Shown here one piece after another: positions 8,998-18,267 of a DNA stretch of 64,000 nt (the stretch's first letter is position 1; each line of letters starts with the position of its first letter). The DNA comes from Solirubrobacterales bacterium (GTDB lineage Bacteria; Actinomycetota; Thermoleophilia; Solirubrobacterales; JBBDJG01), in NCBI GenBank assembly GCA_038330145.1, contig JBBQNR010000003.1, forward strand, positions 4,579-68,578, written 5' to 3'. Below the pieces are notes generated by a model. The model made no database searches. It worked only from the letters and a program-made list of their open reading frames with translations, and had not been told where the DNA came from. A program made the translations under genes and the position numbers.

Positions 8998-9963
8998 GTG
9001 GCGGGGACGGAGCTTGGCTTCGGCCCAGGCGCCGAGATCGCGGCGCGCTCCCCGCTGGAGCTGTTCTGGCGACGGCTCAGGGACGACAGGGTCGCGCTGG
9101 CCGGCGCGGCTTTCATCGTGCTGCTGGTCCTCGCCGCGGTACTCGCCCCCCTGCTGGTCAAGCTCGTCGGCACAACGGGCCCGAACGTCCAGAACCCGAG
9201 CGAGCTGGACTCGTTCGGAACGCCGACCGGGCCCAGCGGCGCTCACCCGTTCGGCGTCGACCAGCTCGGCCGCGATCTGTTCGCGCGCGTCCTCTACGGA
9301 GCCCGCGTGTCGCTGGAGGTCGCCATCATCGCGACCGCTCTGTCCGTGGCGATCGGGGTTGTGACCGGGATGATCGCCGGTTACTTCCGCGGTTTGGTCG
9401 ACACCGGCCTCTCGCGCTTGGTCGATGTTCTGCTCGCCTTCCCGATCCTGCTGCTCGGAATCGGGCTCGCCTCGGCCTGCTCGCTCGGCAACGGCTGCGC
9501 CGGCGGCCTCATCAAACCAGGCCTCAGCGTCGTCATCTTCGTGATCGCATTCGTGAACTGGACCTACATCTACCGCATCATCCGTGGTCAGGTGCTGTCG
9601 CTTCGCGAGAAGGAGTTCGTGGACGCCGCGCGCTCGCTGGGGGCATCCGACAGGCGCATCCTGTTCCGCGAGATCCTGCCCAACCTGGTCGCGCCGATCA
9701 TCGTCTACAGCACACTGGTGATTCCTCAGAACGTGCTTTTCGAGGCAGCGCTTTCTTTCCTGGGCGTGGGCGTCCAGCCCCCGAACGCCAGCTGGGGCGC
9801 GATGCTGGCCGACGCCACGCAGATCTTCGACAGCGCCTGGTGGTACATGGTTTTTCCCGGCACAGCGCTGCTTCTGACCGTGCTCGCCTTCAACCTGCTG
9901 GGAGACGGGCTGCACGACGCGCTGAATCCAAGGGCAGGAAAGTGGTCCCCTCGGGGTAAGTAG
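8998..9963 (+). CDS. ABC peptide/nickel transporter permease (DppC/OppC type)
   Basis: Six-TM permease with the EAA-like loop 'FVDAARSLGASDRRILFREILPN'. Confidence 0.9.
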   Translation: MAGTELGFGPGAEIAARSPLELFWRRLRDDRVALAGAAFIVLLVLAAVLAPLLVKLVGTTGPNVQNPSELDSFGTPTGPSGAHPFGVDQLGRDLFARVLYGARVSLEVAIIATALSVAIGVVTGMIAGYFRGLVDTGLSRLVDVLLAFPILLLGIGLASACSLGNGCAGGLIKPGLSVVIFVIAFVNWTYIYRIIRGQVLSLREKEFVDAARSLGASDRRILFREILPNLVAPIIVYSTLVIPQNVLFEAALSFLGVGVQPPNASWGAMLADATQIFDSAWWYMVFPGTALLLTVLAFNLLGDGLHDALNPRAGKWSPRGK

Positions 9964-10005
9964 AGATGGGGAGAATTGCGACAATTGACACGATTGGAGA
10001 CTTTA

Positions 10006-11742
10006 ATGACCAAGAAGGCCCTCACTGTCCTGCTCGCATTGGCGTTCGGCGCCCTCGCCCTGTTGGTGGCCTCCTGCGGAAGCAGCAGTAGCCAGTCGGC
10101 GCAGAAGGGCGGCACGCTGAAGGTGCTCGACACCGCCGGCGGCGTCGACAGCCTCGACCCCGGCTACTGGTACTACCAGACCGACTACCAGGAGCTGGGC
10201 GATACCACTCAACGCTGGCTCTACGGCTGGAAGCCGCGAGAGACCAAACCGACGCCTGACCTGGCCGAGGCGCTGCCTGAGGTCTCCAACGGTGACAGGA
10301 CGTACACGGTCAAGATCAAGCCGGGAATCAAGTACAGCCCGCCACTTCAGAACCGCACCGTCAAGGCTGCCGACGTCAAGTACGCGCTCGAGCGCTGCTT
10401 CCTGCCTCAGGTCGGCAACGGCTACGCGAATGTCTACTACGGGGACATCGAGGGAGTGAAGGCCTACCAGGACGGCAAAGCGAAGGACATCTCCGGGATC
10501 GAGACCCCGGACGACACCACGCTCGTCATCAACACCACCAAGCCGGTGGGGGTTTTGGCCACGGGCGGCGCGCTCGGCATGCCATGCTCGATCCCGGTGC
10601 CGAAGGACTACGCCCAGAAATACGACGAGGGCAAGCAGTCGACCTACGGCGAGCACCAGGTCTTCACCGGCCCGTACATGATCGAGAACGACGGCAAGGG
10701 CAAGATCACCGGCTACAAGACCGGTCGCAAGCTGACGCTGGTACGCAACCCGAGCTGGGACGCGAAGACCGACTTCAAGCCGGCCAACTTCGACCGCATC
10801 GAGATCAAGGGCGGCAACGACGCAACAGTCGCGGCCAGGCAGACGCTGACCGGCCGTGACCTGTTGAGCGGTGACTACGCCGCTCCCCCGACGCCGGTGC
10901 TGAAGCAGGCGCTGTCGTCGCGCAAGGACCAGATCGAGGTCGAGTCCAGCGGCGGCAACCGCTACATCTCACTCAACACGACGGTCAAGCCACTCGACAA
11001 CGTCAACGTTCGGCGTGCGATCAGCGCGGTCATCGACCGCACGGCGCTGCGCCAGACGCGCGGCGGTCCGACGCTCGGAACGCCGGCGACTCACTTCCTC
11101 CCGATCGGTATCGCGGGCTTCGAGGACGCGGGGGGAGAGAAGGGGCCCGGCTTCGACTTCAGCTCGAAGCCGACCGCCAACGTGCCGCTGGCGATGGACT
11201 ACATGAAGAAGGCCGGCTACAAGAGCGGCAAGTACGATGGCCCGCCGATCCTGACGATCGCCGACAACGAGTCGCCGGCGAAGGAAACCGCGCAGGCATT
11301 CCAGTCGCAGGTGGCAAAAATCGGCCTCAAGCTACAGTACCGCGAGGTGCCGCACGCGACGATGCTGTCGAAGTTCTGCCAGGTGCCGAAGTCCAACACT
11401 GCAATCTGCCCGAACCTCGGGTGGGGCGCGGACTTCTTCTCCGCGCAGAGCTTCATCGACCCACTGTTCAGCGGCAAGAACATCGTGCAATCGGGCAACG
11501 TCAACTCCGCCGAGGTCAACGACCCGGCGCTGAACCGCAAGATCGACAAGGCCAAGCAGATCACGGACCCGAAGGCGGCCGCCAAGGCCTGGGGTGACCT
11601 GGACAAGCAGATCACCAACCAGGCCTATTTCATCCCATGGCTGTGGGACAACAACGTCGGGCTGCGGTCCAAGAACGCCGTGGGCGTCAGCAGCTTGTTC
11701 AACTCCGGCTCCTGGGACTACGCGTTCAGCGGGTTGAAGTAA
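10006..11742 (+). CDS. ABC transporter substrate-binding lipoprotein, family 5 (peptide/nickel)
   Basis: ATG 10006 preceded by GGAGA. Signal plus lipobox 'LLVASCGSSSS'. Length and sequence are typical of family-5 SBPs. Confidence 0.9.
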   Translation: MTKKALTVLLALAFGALALLVASCGSSSSQSAQKGGTLKVLDTAGGVDSLDPGYWYYQTDYQELGDTTQRWLYGWKPRETKPTPDLAEALPEVSNGDRTYTVKIKPGIKYSPPLQNRTVKAADVKYALERCFLPQVGNGYANVYYGDIEGVKAYQDGKAKDISGIETPDDTTLVINTTKPVGVLATGGALGMPCSIPVPKDYAQKYDEGKQSTYGEHQVFTGPYMIENDGKGKITGYKTGRKLTLVRNPSWDAKTDFKPANFDRIEIKGGNDATVAARQTLTGRDLLSGDYAAPPTPVLKQALSSRKDQIEVESSGGNRYISLNTTVKPLDNVNVRRAISAVIDRTALRQTRGGPTLGTPATHFLPIGIAGFEDAGGEKGPGFDFSSKPTANVPLAMDYMKKAGYKSGKYDGPPILTIADNESPAKETAQAFQSQVAKIGLKLQYREVPHATMLSKFCQVPKSNTAICPNLGWGADFFSAQSFIDPLFSGKNIVQSGNVNSAEVNDPALNRKIDKAKQITDPKAAAKAWGDLDKQITNQAYFIPWLWDNNVGLRSKNAVGVSSLFNSGSWDYAFSGLK

Positions 11743-11779
11743 CGACGCCTCAGCGCCCTAACAACGAAGTGATGAGCAC

Positions 11780-11809
11780 GAGGCCCCGGCGCAAGCGCGC
11801 CGGGGCCTC
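11780..11809 (+). other. 13-bp perfect GC-rich stem-loop after the SBP gene (intra-operon attenuator or mRNA stabiliser)
   Basis: gaggccccggcgc-aagc-gcgccggggcctc. No T-tract follows it. It lies between the SBP gene and the next permease gene. Confidence 0.5.
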
Positions 11810-11846
11810 GCTTCACACCGAGATCGGGCCCACCAGGTAGGTCGCG

Positions 11847-12800
11847 GTGGTTCGTTACATCATCCGCCGGCTGCTGTGGGTGATCGTGCTGATGATCGCC
11901 GTCAGCTTTCTGACCTTCATCATCTTCTACACGCTGCCCTCGGCCGACCCGGCCGTGCTGCGCGCCGGCAAGAACCCGGCGCTGGCGGACCAGATCAGGG
12001 AGCGGCTGGGGCTGAACGACCCCTGGTACCAGCAGTACTGGATCTACATGAAGAACCTGGTGCTGCACCAGGACCTCGGCTACAGCTACCAGAGCAACGT
12101 GTCGGTCAAGCAGGAGTTGATCGACCGCCTGCCCGCCTCGTTCTCCGTTGCGATCGGCGCGGCCGTGATCTGGCTTACATCCGGCATCGCGATCGGGACC
12201 ATCTCCGCCCTGCGGAGCCGTACGCTGCTCGACCGCGCGACGATGGGTGCGGCCCTGGTGGCGATATCGGCGCCCGTCTACTGGCTCGGCCTCGTCGCGC
12301 TGTATCTGTTCTCCCAAGACATCGGCAAGTTCCACCTCTTCATGGGAGCGGGCAGCTACGTGCCGTTCTCGCAGGATCCATGGCTGTGGTTCGGCTCGCT
12401 GATCATGCCCTGGTTCGTGCTGGCGGCGTCGTTCTCGGCCTTCTATGCGCGCCTGCTGCGCGGCAACATGATCGAGGTGATGGGCGAGGACTACATCCGC
12501 ACTGCACGGGCGAAAGGACTGCGAGAGCGAAGCGTGGTGCGTCACGGGCTGCGAAGCGCGATCACGCCCGTCGTGACGGCCGCCGGCCTCGATATCGGCG
12601 TCCTGCTGGGCGGCACGATCCTGGTAGAGACCGTGTTCAACATCCCCGGGGTCGGCAGGCTCTCGTACGAGGCGATCCAGAACGCCGACCTGCCGCTGAT
12701 CCAGGGCACCGTGCTGCTGGGAGCCTTCTTCATCATTCTCGCCAACCTGGTCGTGGACGTCGCCTACGCGTACCTCGATCCGCGGGTTAGGTACTCGTGA
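11847..12800 (+). CDS. ABC peptide/nickel transporter permease (DppB/OppB type)
   Basis: N-terminus 'MVRYIIRRLLWVIVLMIAVSFLTFIIF' and 'DYIRTARAKGL' loop, typical of DppB/OppB. Confidence 0.9.
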   Translation: MVRYIIRRLLWVIVLMIAVSFLTFIIFYTLPSADPAVLRAGKNPALADQIRERLGLNDPWYQQYWIYMKNLVLHQDLGYSYQSNVSVKQELIDRLPASFSVAIGAAVIWLTSGIAIGTISALRSRTLLDRATMGAALVAISAPVYWLGLVALYLFSQDIGKFHLFMGAGSYVPFSQDPWLWFGSLIMPWFVLAASFSAFYARLLRGNMIEVMGEDYIRTARAKGLRERSVVRHGLRSAITPVVTAAGLDIGVLLGGTILVETVFNIPGVGRLSYEAIQNADLPLIQGTVLLGAFFIILANLVVDVAYAYLDPRVRYS

Positions 12801-13858
12801 GCTCCCCCCTGCTTCAGGTAGACGATCTGCACGTTCGCTTCGCGACCGAGGACGGGATCGTGAACGCCGTCAACGGGATCTCGTTCAGCGTCGGGCCAGG
12901 TGAGATGCTCGGCATCGTCGGCGAGTCCGGCTCCGGCAAGAGCGTCTCGATGCTGACGGTGATGGGGCTGACGCGAGCGGCGAACTCCGACATCGCGGGC
13001 TCGGTCCGCTTCCAGGGACGCGACCTGCTGTCAGCCTCCGACGAAGATCTGCGCAGGGTGCGGGGCGACGACATCGCGATGATCTTTCAGGATCCGCTCT
13101 CCTCGCTGCACCCCTTCTACCGGGTCGGCGCCCAGATCGTGGAGGCGATCCAGGCGCACCGCGACGTGCCTGACAGCGCGGCGCGCGAGCGCGTCGTCGA
13201 GCTTTTCGGTCTGGTGGGCATCCCGGACCCGCGCCAGCGCATCGACGCCTACCCGCACGAGCTCTCGGGCGGCATGCGCCAGCGCGTCATGATCGCGATG
13301 GCGCTCGCCAACGAGCCCAAGCTGCTGATCGCCGACGAGCCGACGACGGCGCTCGACGTCACGGTGCAGTCGCAGATCCTGGACCTGATCGCGCGACTCC
13401 AGCGTGAGCTGGGCATGGGCGTGGTCCTGATCACACACGACCTCGGAGTCGTCGCCGAGGTCACGGAGCAGATCGCGGTCATGTACGCCGGCAAGATCGT
13501 CGAGCACGCGTCGACGCAGAAGATCTTCGCCGCCCCGGAGCATCCGTACACCTGGGGGCTGCTGCAGTCGATCCCTCGACTGGACCGCGGCCGCGACGAG
13601 CCTCTGGTGCCGATCCCCGGGCTGCCGCCGAGCCTGATCAACCTCCCGAGCGGCTGCTCCTTCCACCCGCGCTGCCCCTACGTGCGACCGCCGCACCGGC
13701 GAGTGGAGCCTGAGCTCGAGCCGCTTGCCGACGATCCCTCGCACCGTGTCGCGTGCCTGCTCGACAGCGCCACTCGCAGGCGCATCTGGGCAGACCTCCA
13801 GGCAGGGCTCGGCCCGCAGGCCGCGCGAGCCAAGGCCAAGCTCGGGGAGTCGGTGTGA
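12797..13858 (+). CDS. ABC transporter ATP-binding protein (DppD/OppD type)
   Basis: Walker A 'GESGSGKS', signature 'LSGGMRQR', Walker B '[12 protein letters not shown]', C-terminal oligopeptide-type Cys cluster. GTGA overlap with the upstream gene. Confidence 0.9.
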   Translation: MSSPLLQVDDLHVRFATEDGIVNAVNGISFSVGPGEMLGIVGESGSGKSVSMLTVMGLTRAANSDIAGSVRFQGRDLLSASDEDLRRVRGDDIAMIFQDPLSSLHPFYRVGAQIVEAIQAHRDVPDSAARERVVELFGLVGIPDPRQRIDAYPHELSGGMRQRVMIAMALANEPKLLIADEPTTALDVTVQSQILDLIARLQRELGMGVVLITHDLGVVAEVTEQIAVMYAGKIVEHASTQKIFAAPEHPYTWGLLQSIPRLDRGRDEPLVPIPGLPPSLINLPSGCSFHPRCPYVRPPHRRVEPELEPLADDPSHRVACLLDSATRRRIWADLQAGLGPQAARAKAKLGESV

Positions 13859-14874
13859 CGGAGGCTCTCGTTGAGGTGCGCAACCTCGTCAAGCACTTCC
13901 CGCTCACACGCGGCATCGTCTTCCAGCGACAGGTCGGCGCCGTGCACGCCGTCGACGACGTCTCCTTCGACGTGCTGCGCGGTGAGACGCTGGGCATCGT
14001 CGGCGAAACCGGCTGCGGGAAGACGACCACGGCGCGACTGATCACGCGCCTGCTGGAGCCGACGAGCGGCACGATCAGCTTCGACGGCGAGGACATCACG
14101 CACCGGCGCAAGGGCGCGTTGAAGCCTCTGCGCCGTGAGATGCAGATGATCTTCCAGGACCCGTACTCCTCGCTCAACCCGCGCAAGACCGTGGGCGCGA
14201 TCATCGGCGAACCATTCGCGATCCACGGAGGAGCGGACGGCGGCGACCGCCGGCGCGCCGTGCAGGAGCTGATGGAGCAGGTCGGCCTCAACCCCGAGCA
14301 CTACAACCGCTACCCGCACGAGTTCTCGGGCGGCCAGCGGCAGCGCATCGGCGTCGCGCGAGCGGTGGCACTGAAGCCGAAGATGATCATCGCCGACGAG
14401 CCGGTTTCGGCGCTCGACGTATCGATCCAGGCACAGATCCTGAACCTGCTCCGCGACCTGCAGCGGGATCTTGGCCTGACGCTGATCCTGATCGCGCACG
14501 ACCTGTCGGTTGTTCGCCACATGTGCGACCGCATTGCCGTCATGTACCTGGGAAAGATCGTGGAGCTGGCTCCCAACGACGCCCTCTACGCGCACCCTCG
14601 TCATCCGTATACGGGGGCGCTGCTATCGGCCGTGCCGGTTCCCAACCCCGGGCTGGCCGCCCAGCGCCGGCGCCAGCCTCCGCCCGGCGACGTGCCGAGC
14701 CCCACCAACCCGCCTCCCGCCTGCCGCTTTCACCCGCGCTGCCCGAAGGTGCAGGAGATATGCCGGCAGGAGGAGCCGCCGCTGGAGCCCAAGGGCGGCG
14801 GATCGATCGCCGCCTGTCACTTCCCGCTCACGCGCGAGGAAGCGGAAGAGCGCGTGGCGAGCGCCGCCGGCTGA
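13855..14874 (+). CDS. ABC transporter ATP-binding protein (DppF/OppF type)
   Basis: Start set to GTG 13855, overlapping the upstream stop (GTGA). Walker A 'GETGCGKT', signature 'FSGGQRQR', Walker B '[12 protein letters not shown]'. Confidence 0.88.
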   Translation: MTEALVEVRNLVKHFPLTRGIVFQRQVGAVHAVDDVSFDVLRGETLGIVGETGCGKTTTARLITRLLEPTSGTISFDGEDITHRRKGALKPLRREMQMIFQDPYSSLNPRKTVGAIIGEPFAIHGGADGGDRRRAVQELMEQVGLNPEHYNRYPHEFSGGQRQRIGVARAVALKPKMIIADEPVSALDVSIQAQILNLLRDLQRDLGLTLILIAHDLSVVRHMCDRIAVMYLGKIVELAPNDALYAHPRHPYTGALLSAVPVPNPGLAAQRRRQPPPGDVPSPTNPPPACRFHPRCPKVQEICRQEEPPLEPKGGGSIAACHFPLTREEAEERVASAAG

Positions 14875-14877
14875 GCA

Positions 14878-15642
14878 TCAGCCGGGCTTGACCAGCTCGG
14901 TGATCCGGCCCAGCGAGCGAAAGCCCAGCCGTTCGTACCAGTGTCTGGGCCAGTCGTCGTCGAGCGCGAGCACGAACGTCATCTCATGGTCTGCCGCCGC
15001 CTCGATCGCACGCCGAACGACCGCCGCCGCGTAGCCGCGCTTTCGATGCTGCGGCAGGGTCGCGACATCCTCGACCTGGGCCGTCGCTCCATCCGAATAG
15101 AGGCGGCAGTAGGAGGCCACCGAGCCGTCAACGGCGGCGGCGAAGCAGCGTTCGGCGGTGGCGCGGCCCACGACTCCGTAGGCGCTCAGCAGCTGTTCGG
15201 CGGTCTGCTCGTCCTTGACCTCCGGGTGCGTGCGCGCGAACTCCAGGGTTGCCGGCGCCAGCAGGGCGGGATCGACCTCCTGTACCTGCGCGTCGTCTGC
15301 GCGAGATCGATCGTCGCCCCGATGCACGAGAACGCGAGCGTGGGGAGCCTGCCAGCCCGCGGGCTGCAGAGCTGCGGCGGCCCGCAGCCCGGTCGGCTCG
15401 TCGCTGAAGACCAGCCGGCGGTGCAGGACGCCGGCGATTCGATGGATGCGATCGGCCTCGGCGAGCAGCTCGTCCAGCCGCTCGTCGGGAACCTGTCCAT
15501 CGACCCAGACGAAGTTGCGGCTCCATGCGTCGGGCAGCTCGGGACGCAGGTAGCCGCTTCCGAACTCGAACGGCACCACCTTCGTCGATGCGCGCTCGTC
15601 GATGCCACGGAGAAAGGCGAGCGCCCGCTCCAGGTCGCTCAC
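14878..15642 (-). CDS. GNAT-family N-acetyltransferase
   Basis: Acetyl-CoA motif 'HRKRGYAAAVVRRAIEAA'. Start set to GTG 15642, which overlaps the stop of the upstream USP gene (GTGA). The longer ORF to 15828 would overlap the USP gene. Confidence 0.75.
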   Translation of the reverse strand: MSDLERALAFLRGIDERASTKVVPFEFGSGYLRPELPDAWSRNFVWVDGQVPDERLDELLAEADRIHRIAGVLHRRLVFSDEPTGLRAAAALQPAGWQAPHARVLVHRGDDRSRADDAQVQEVDPALLAPATLEFARTHPEVKDEQTAEQLLSAYGVVGRATAERCFAAAVDGSVASYCRLYSDGATAQVEDVATLPQHRKRGYAAAVVRRAIEAAADHEMTFVLALDDDWPRHWYERLGFRSLGRITELVKPG

Positions 15643-16082
15643 GTCGTCTGGACGATCAGGACGCTGCAACCGGCGTGGTGGGAGATCTTGTCCGGGACGT
15701 TCCCGAGCAGGAAGCGGCGATTGCCGCCCATGCCCTTGTTGCCGACGACGATCAGGTCCGCGTCCTGCTCCTGCGCCACTTCCAGGACCGCGCTGGCGGC
15801 GTCGCCCCGGCGCGCGTAGACCTCGCACTCCGCGCCGGCAGCGTGACAGGCTCCGACGGCTTGGTCCAGGATCGCCCGCACGTCCACGTCCGGATCAGCG
15901 GCCCAGGCCGAAGCGTCGCTGCCAACCGCATAGGCGCCGCGCGCCCTCACCCCCGAGAGCGGCGCGTACGCGCTCACGACATGAAGGCTGGCCCCAAGCC
16001 GGCCGGCCAGCTCAGCGGCCTTGCGGACCGCTGTCGTGGCCGTCTCTGAGCCGTCGGTGCCGACCACGATCGAGGTGATCAT
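15639..16082 (-). CDS. Universal stress protein (UspA family)
   Basis: 'MITSIVVGTDGSETA...', 'DLIVVGNKGMGG', 'GNVPDKISHHAGCSVLIV'. Confidence 0.9.
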   Translation of the reverse strand: MITSIVVGTDGSETATTAVRKAAELAGRLGASLHVVSAYAPLSGVRARGAYAVGSDASAWAADPDVDVRAILDQAVGACHAAGAECEVYARRGDAASAVLEVAQEQDADLIVVGNKGMGGNRRFLLGNVPDKISHHAGCSVLIVQTT

Positions 16083-16085
16083 GCC

Positions 16086-16910
16086 TCAGCTCACCTGCTC
16101 CAGGAAGGCACTGATCTCGCGCGCGACGCGCTCCGGCTCGTCCTCCATCACGAAGTGGCTGGCGTTCGGCAGCACCACCAGGCGCGCGCCCGGAATCTGC
16201 TTCTGGAAGCGGTAGCCGCCGCCCACGGGAGCGAAGGGATCGTCTTCACCCCACAGCAGCAGAACAGGGACACCGAGGGCGGCCAGCCTGCCCTTGTAGG
16301 GCTCGAGCTTGGAGAAGTCGCCGGAGCGGTAGAGATCGAGCTGACCCTGGCGCCGGTCGCCGTCGCCGTATGCCTTCCAGTACTGCTCCACGGCATCGTC
16401 GGGTAGCGCAGGACTTATCTGCCGCAGGCCGATCGCAAACAGCTCTTGGTTGATGTTGTCCATCAGCTGCTCCCCCTCTCCCTCGGTGGCGAGCGCCTTC
16501 GCCATCCCGTGCCAGCGACCCTCCGGGAAGAAGCCCGTGTCGATGATCACCAGCGCGCTGACGGCGTCGGGGTGGTCACAGGCCCAGCGTAGCCCGATCA
16601 GGCCGCCCCAGTCGTGGACCAGCAACGCCACCGGGTAGAGATCGAGCGCGGTGCGGAAGCGCTCCAGGTTCTCGATCTGACGTTCCCAGGTGCCGGGAAG
16701 ATCGGGCAGCGAGTCGCCGAAGCCCGGCAGGTCGATGGCAACGGCCCGGTAGCCGGCCTCGGCGACGCTCGGAAGCACGTTGCGCCAAAGATACGACGAG
16801 GTCGGGTAGCCGTGGACGGCCAGTGCCGCCGGCCCCGATCCGTCCCAGCCGTCCGGGAGCGCCTCGCGATAGGCGATGCCGTCGACCGTATGGAGTGCCG
16901 GATCTACCAC
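16086..16910 (-). CDS. Alpha/beta hydrolase (haloalkane dehalogenase/epoxide hydrolase-like)
   Basis: 'HGYPTSSYLWRN' and Asp-type nucleophile elbow 'LLVHDWGGLIG'. C-terminal 'NASHFVMEDEP'. Confidence 0.85.
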   Translation of the reverse strand: MVDPALHTVDGIAYREALPDGWDGSGPAALAVHGYPTSSYLWRNVLPSVAEAGYRAVAIDLPGFGDSLPDLPGTWERQIENLERFRTALDLYPVALLVHDWGGLIGLRWACDHPDAVSALVIIDTGFFPEGRWHGMAKALATEGEGEQLMDNINQELFAIGLRQISPALPDDAVEQYWKAYGDGDRRQGQLDLYRSGDFSKLEPYKGRLAALGVPVLLLWGEDDPFAPVGGGYRFQKQIPGARLVVLPNASHFVMEDEPERVAREISAFLEQVS

Positions 16911-16954
16911 AGCGCAGAATCTATCCCCCCGTCACGGGCTACGCTTCACACCGA

Positions 16955-17027
16955 GCCCTCGTAGCTCAGGGGATAGAGCACAGGTTTCCTAAACCTGGTG
17001 TCGCAGGTTCGAATCCTGCCGGGGGCG
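16955..17027 (+). tRNA. tRNA-Arg (anticodon CCT)
   Basis: Hand-folded cloverleaf. Acceptor GCCCTCG/CGGGGGC (one G-U), D arm GCTC/GAGC, anticodon stem CAGGT/ACCTG with loop TTCCTAA, T arm GCAGG-TTCGAAT-CCTGC. No encoded CCA. Confidence 0.9.
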
Positions 17028-17117
17028 TTTGAGGCGGCGGGGGCGCACCAAGCGGTGTGCAAGCCGTCACAGAGGTGCCTCGACGCCGTAACAAACCGCC
17101 TCGAACGGCCTCTTTAT

Positions 17118-17669
17118 ATGTGGATGGATGCGCACTTCCACAGCACCGCAGGGATTCCCGGGGATGTCGTCGTGCTTCGCGATGGGCGCAGCGTGTCGAT
17201 CAGGGCGGTGCTGGCCACCGACAAGGAGGCGCTCGCGGCCGGCTTCGCGATGCTCTCGATCGAGTCGCGGCACCGTCGCTTCCACAGCCCGCTGCCGAAG
17301 CTGGCCCCGCGTCAGCTGGCGTATCTGACGGAGGTGGACCATCGCGAGCACGAGGCGCTCGTGGCGCTCGACAACAACGGCGTGGTGATCGGTGTGGCGC
17401 GCTACATCCGCCTCCACGACGACGACTCCCAAGCGGAAGCCGAAGCCGCTGTCACCGTCGTCGACGACTGGCAGCGCCAGGGGCTCGGGAGAGAGCTGGT
17501 GCTGCGCCTCGCCGCTCGCGCACGCAGCGAGGGTGTGCGTACCTTCGTCGGCTACGTCTTGGCGGACAACCTGCCGGCGCTGCGGCTGCTGCGCCAACTC
17601 GGCTTCGGCGAGGCGCGCTCCGCCGACGGCGGGATGCTGGAGCTGCGCGCCAGCACCAAGGCCCGCTGA
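17118..17669 (+). CDS. GNAT-family N-acetyltransferase
   Basis: Start moved to ATG 17118 because the 16998 ORF overlaps the tRNA. Motif 'VVDDWQRQGLGRELVLRL'. Confidence 0.75.
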   Translation: MWMDAHFHSTAGIPGDVVVLRDGRSVSIRAVLATDKEALAAGFAMLSIESRHRRFHSPLPKLAPRQLAYLTEVDHREHEALVALDNNGVVIGVARYIRLHDDDSQAEAEAAVTVVDDWQRQGLGRELVLRLAARARSEGVRTFVGYVLADNLPALRLLRQLGFGEARSADGGMLELRASTKAR

Positions 17670-17687
17670 GAATCGGTCATCGGACGG

Positions 17688-18248
17688 TCAGCGGTCCGGC
17701 CGATCCGGATAGACGTCGTCGATCGTGTACAGGGAGCCGTAGGGGAGCCCGTCACCCAGCGCCTGCTCGATCGCCTGGCGCCCTCCGGCGAGCCGATCGA
17801 GCACGCTGAGCGCCCCGGCCAGCTCCACCCCCTCCTCCCGCAGGCGCTCAATCGCCGTCACCAGCGAGCCGCCCGAGGTGACGACGTCCTCGACCACCAG
17901 CGCTCGTTCACCCGGCTCGATCGACGGCCCCTCGATCCAGCGCTGCAGCCCGTGCTGCTTTCTCTCCTTGCGCACGAAGAAGGCCTTCAGCCGCGAGCCC
18001 TGCTGCGCGGCGATCGCAGCGCAGGCGATCGGATCGGCTCCCAGTGTCGGTCCGCCGACGGCCGCGGCCCCCAGCTCAGTGGCCCGCTCCGAAACCAGCT
18101 CGCCGAGCGCACGGAATGGCCCCGGCAGCAGCAACGTACGTCGCGCGTCGACGTAGTAACCCGCGGTCTTGCCGCTTGCAAGAGTCACCTCGCCGACCAC
18201 GAGCCCGTGCTCGCGCAGCGCCTCCAGCAGTGTCTCTCGGGCAGCCAA
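17688..18248 (-). CDS. pyrE: Orotate phosphoribosyltransferase
   Basis: PRPP-binding motif 'ALVVEDVVTSGGS' and 'GEVTLASGKTAGYYVD'. Start set to TTG 18248, giving ~186 aa, the typical PyrE length. Confidence 0.85.
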   Translation of the reverse strand: MAARETLLEALREHGLVVGEVTLASGKTAGYYVDARRTLLLPGPFRALGELVSERATELGAAAVGGPTLGADPIACAAIAAQQGSRLKAFFVRKERKQHGLQRWIEGPSIEPGERALVVEDVVTSGGSLVTAIERLREEGVELAGALSVLDRLAGGRQAIEQALGDGLPYGSLYTIDDVYPDRPDR

Positions 18249-18267
18249 GCGAGGGTATCCTAGCCGG

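Noticed and set aside
9985-9990. TTGACA hexamers at 9985-9990 and 8984-8989 as -35 promoter boxes
   Set aside because: Each lies too close to the downstream start codon (fewer than 25 nt) to leave room for a spacer, a -10 box and a leader. They are probably chance occurrences.
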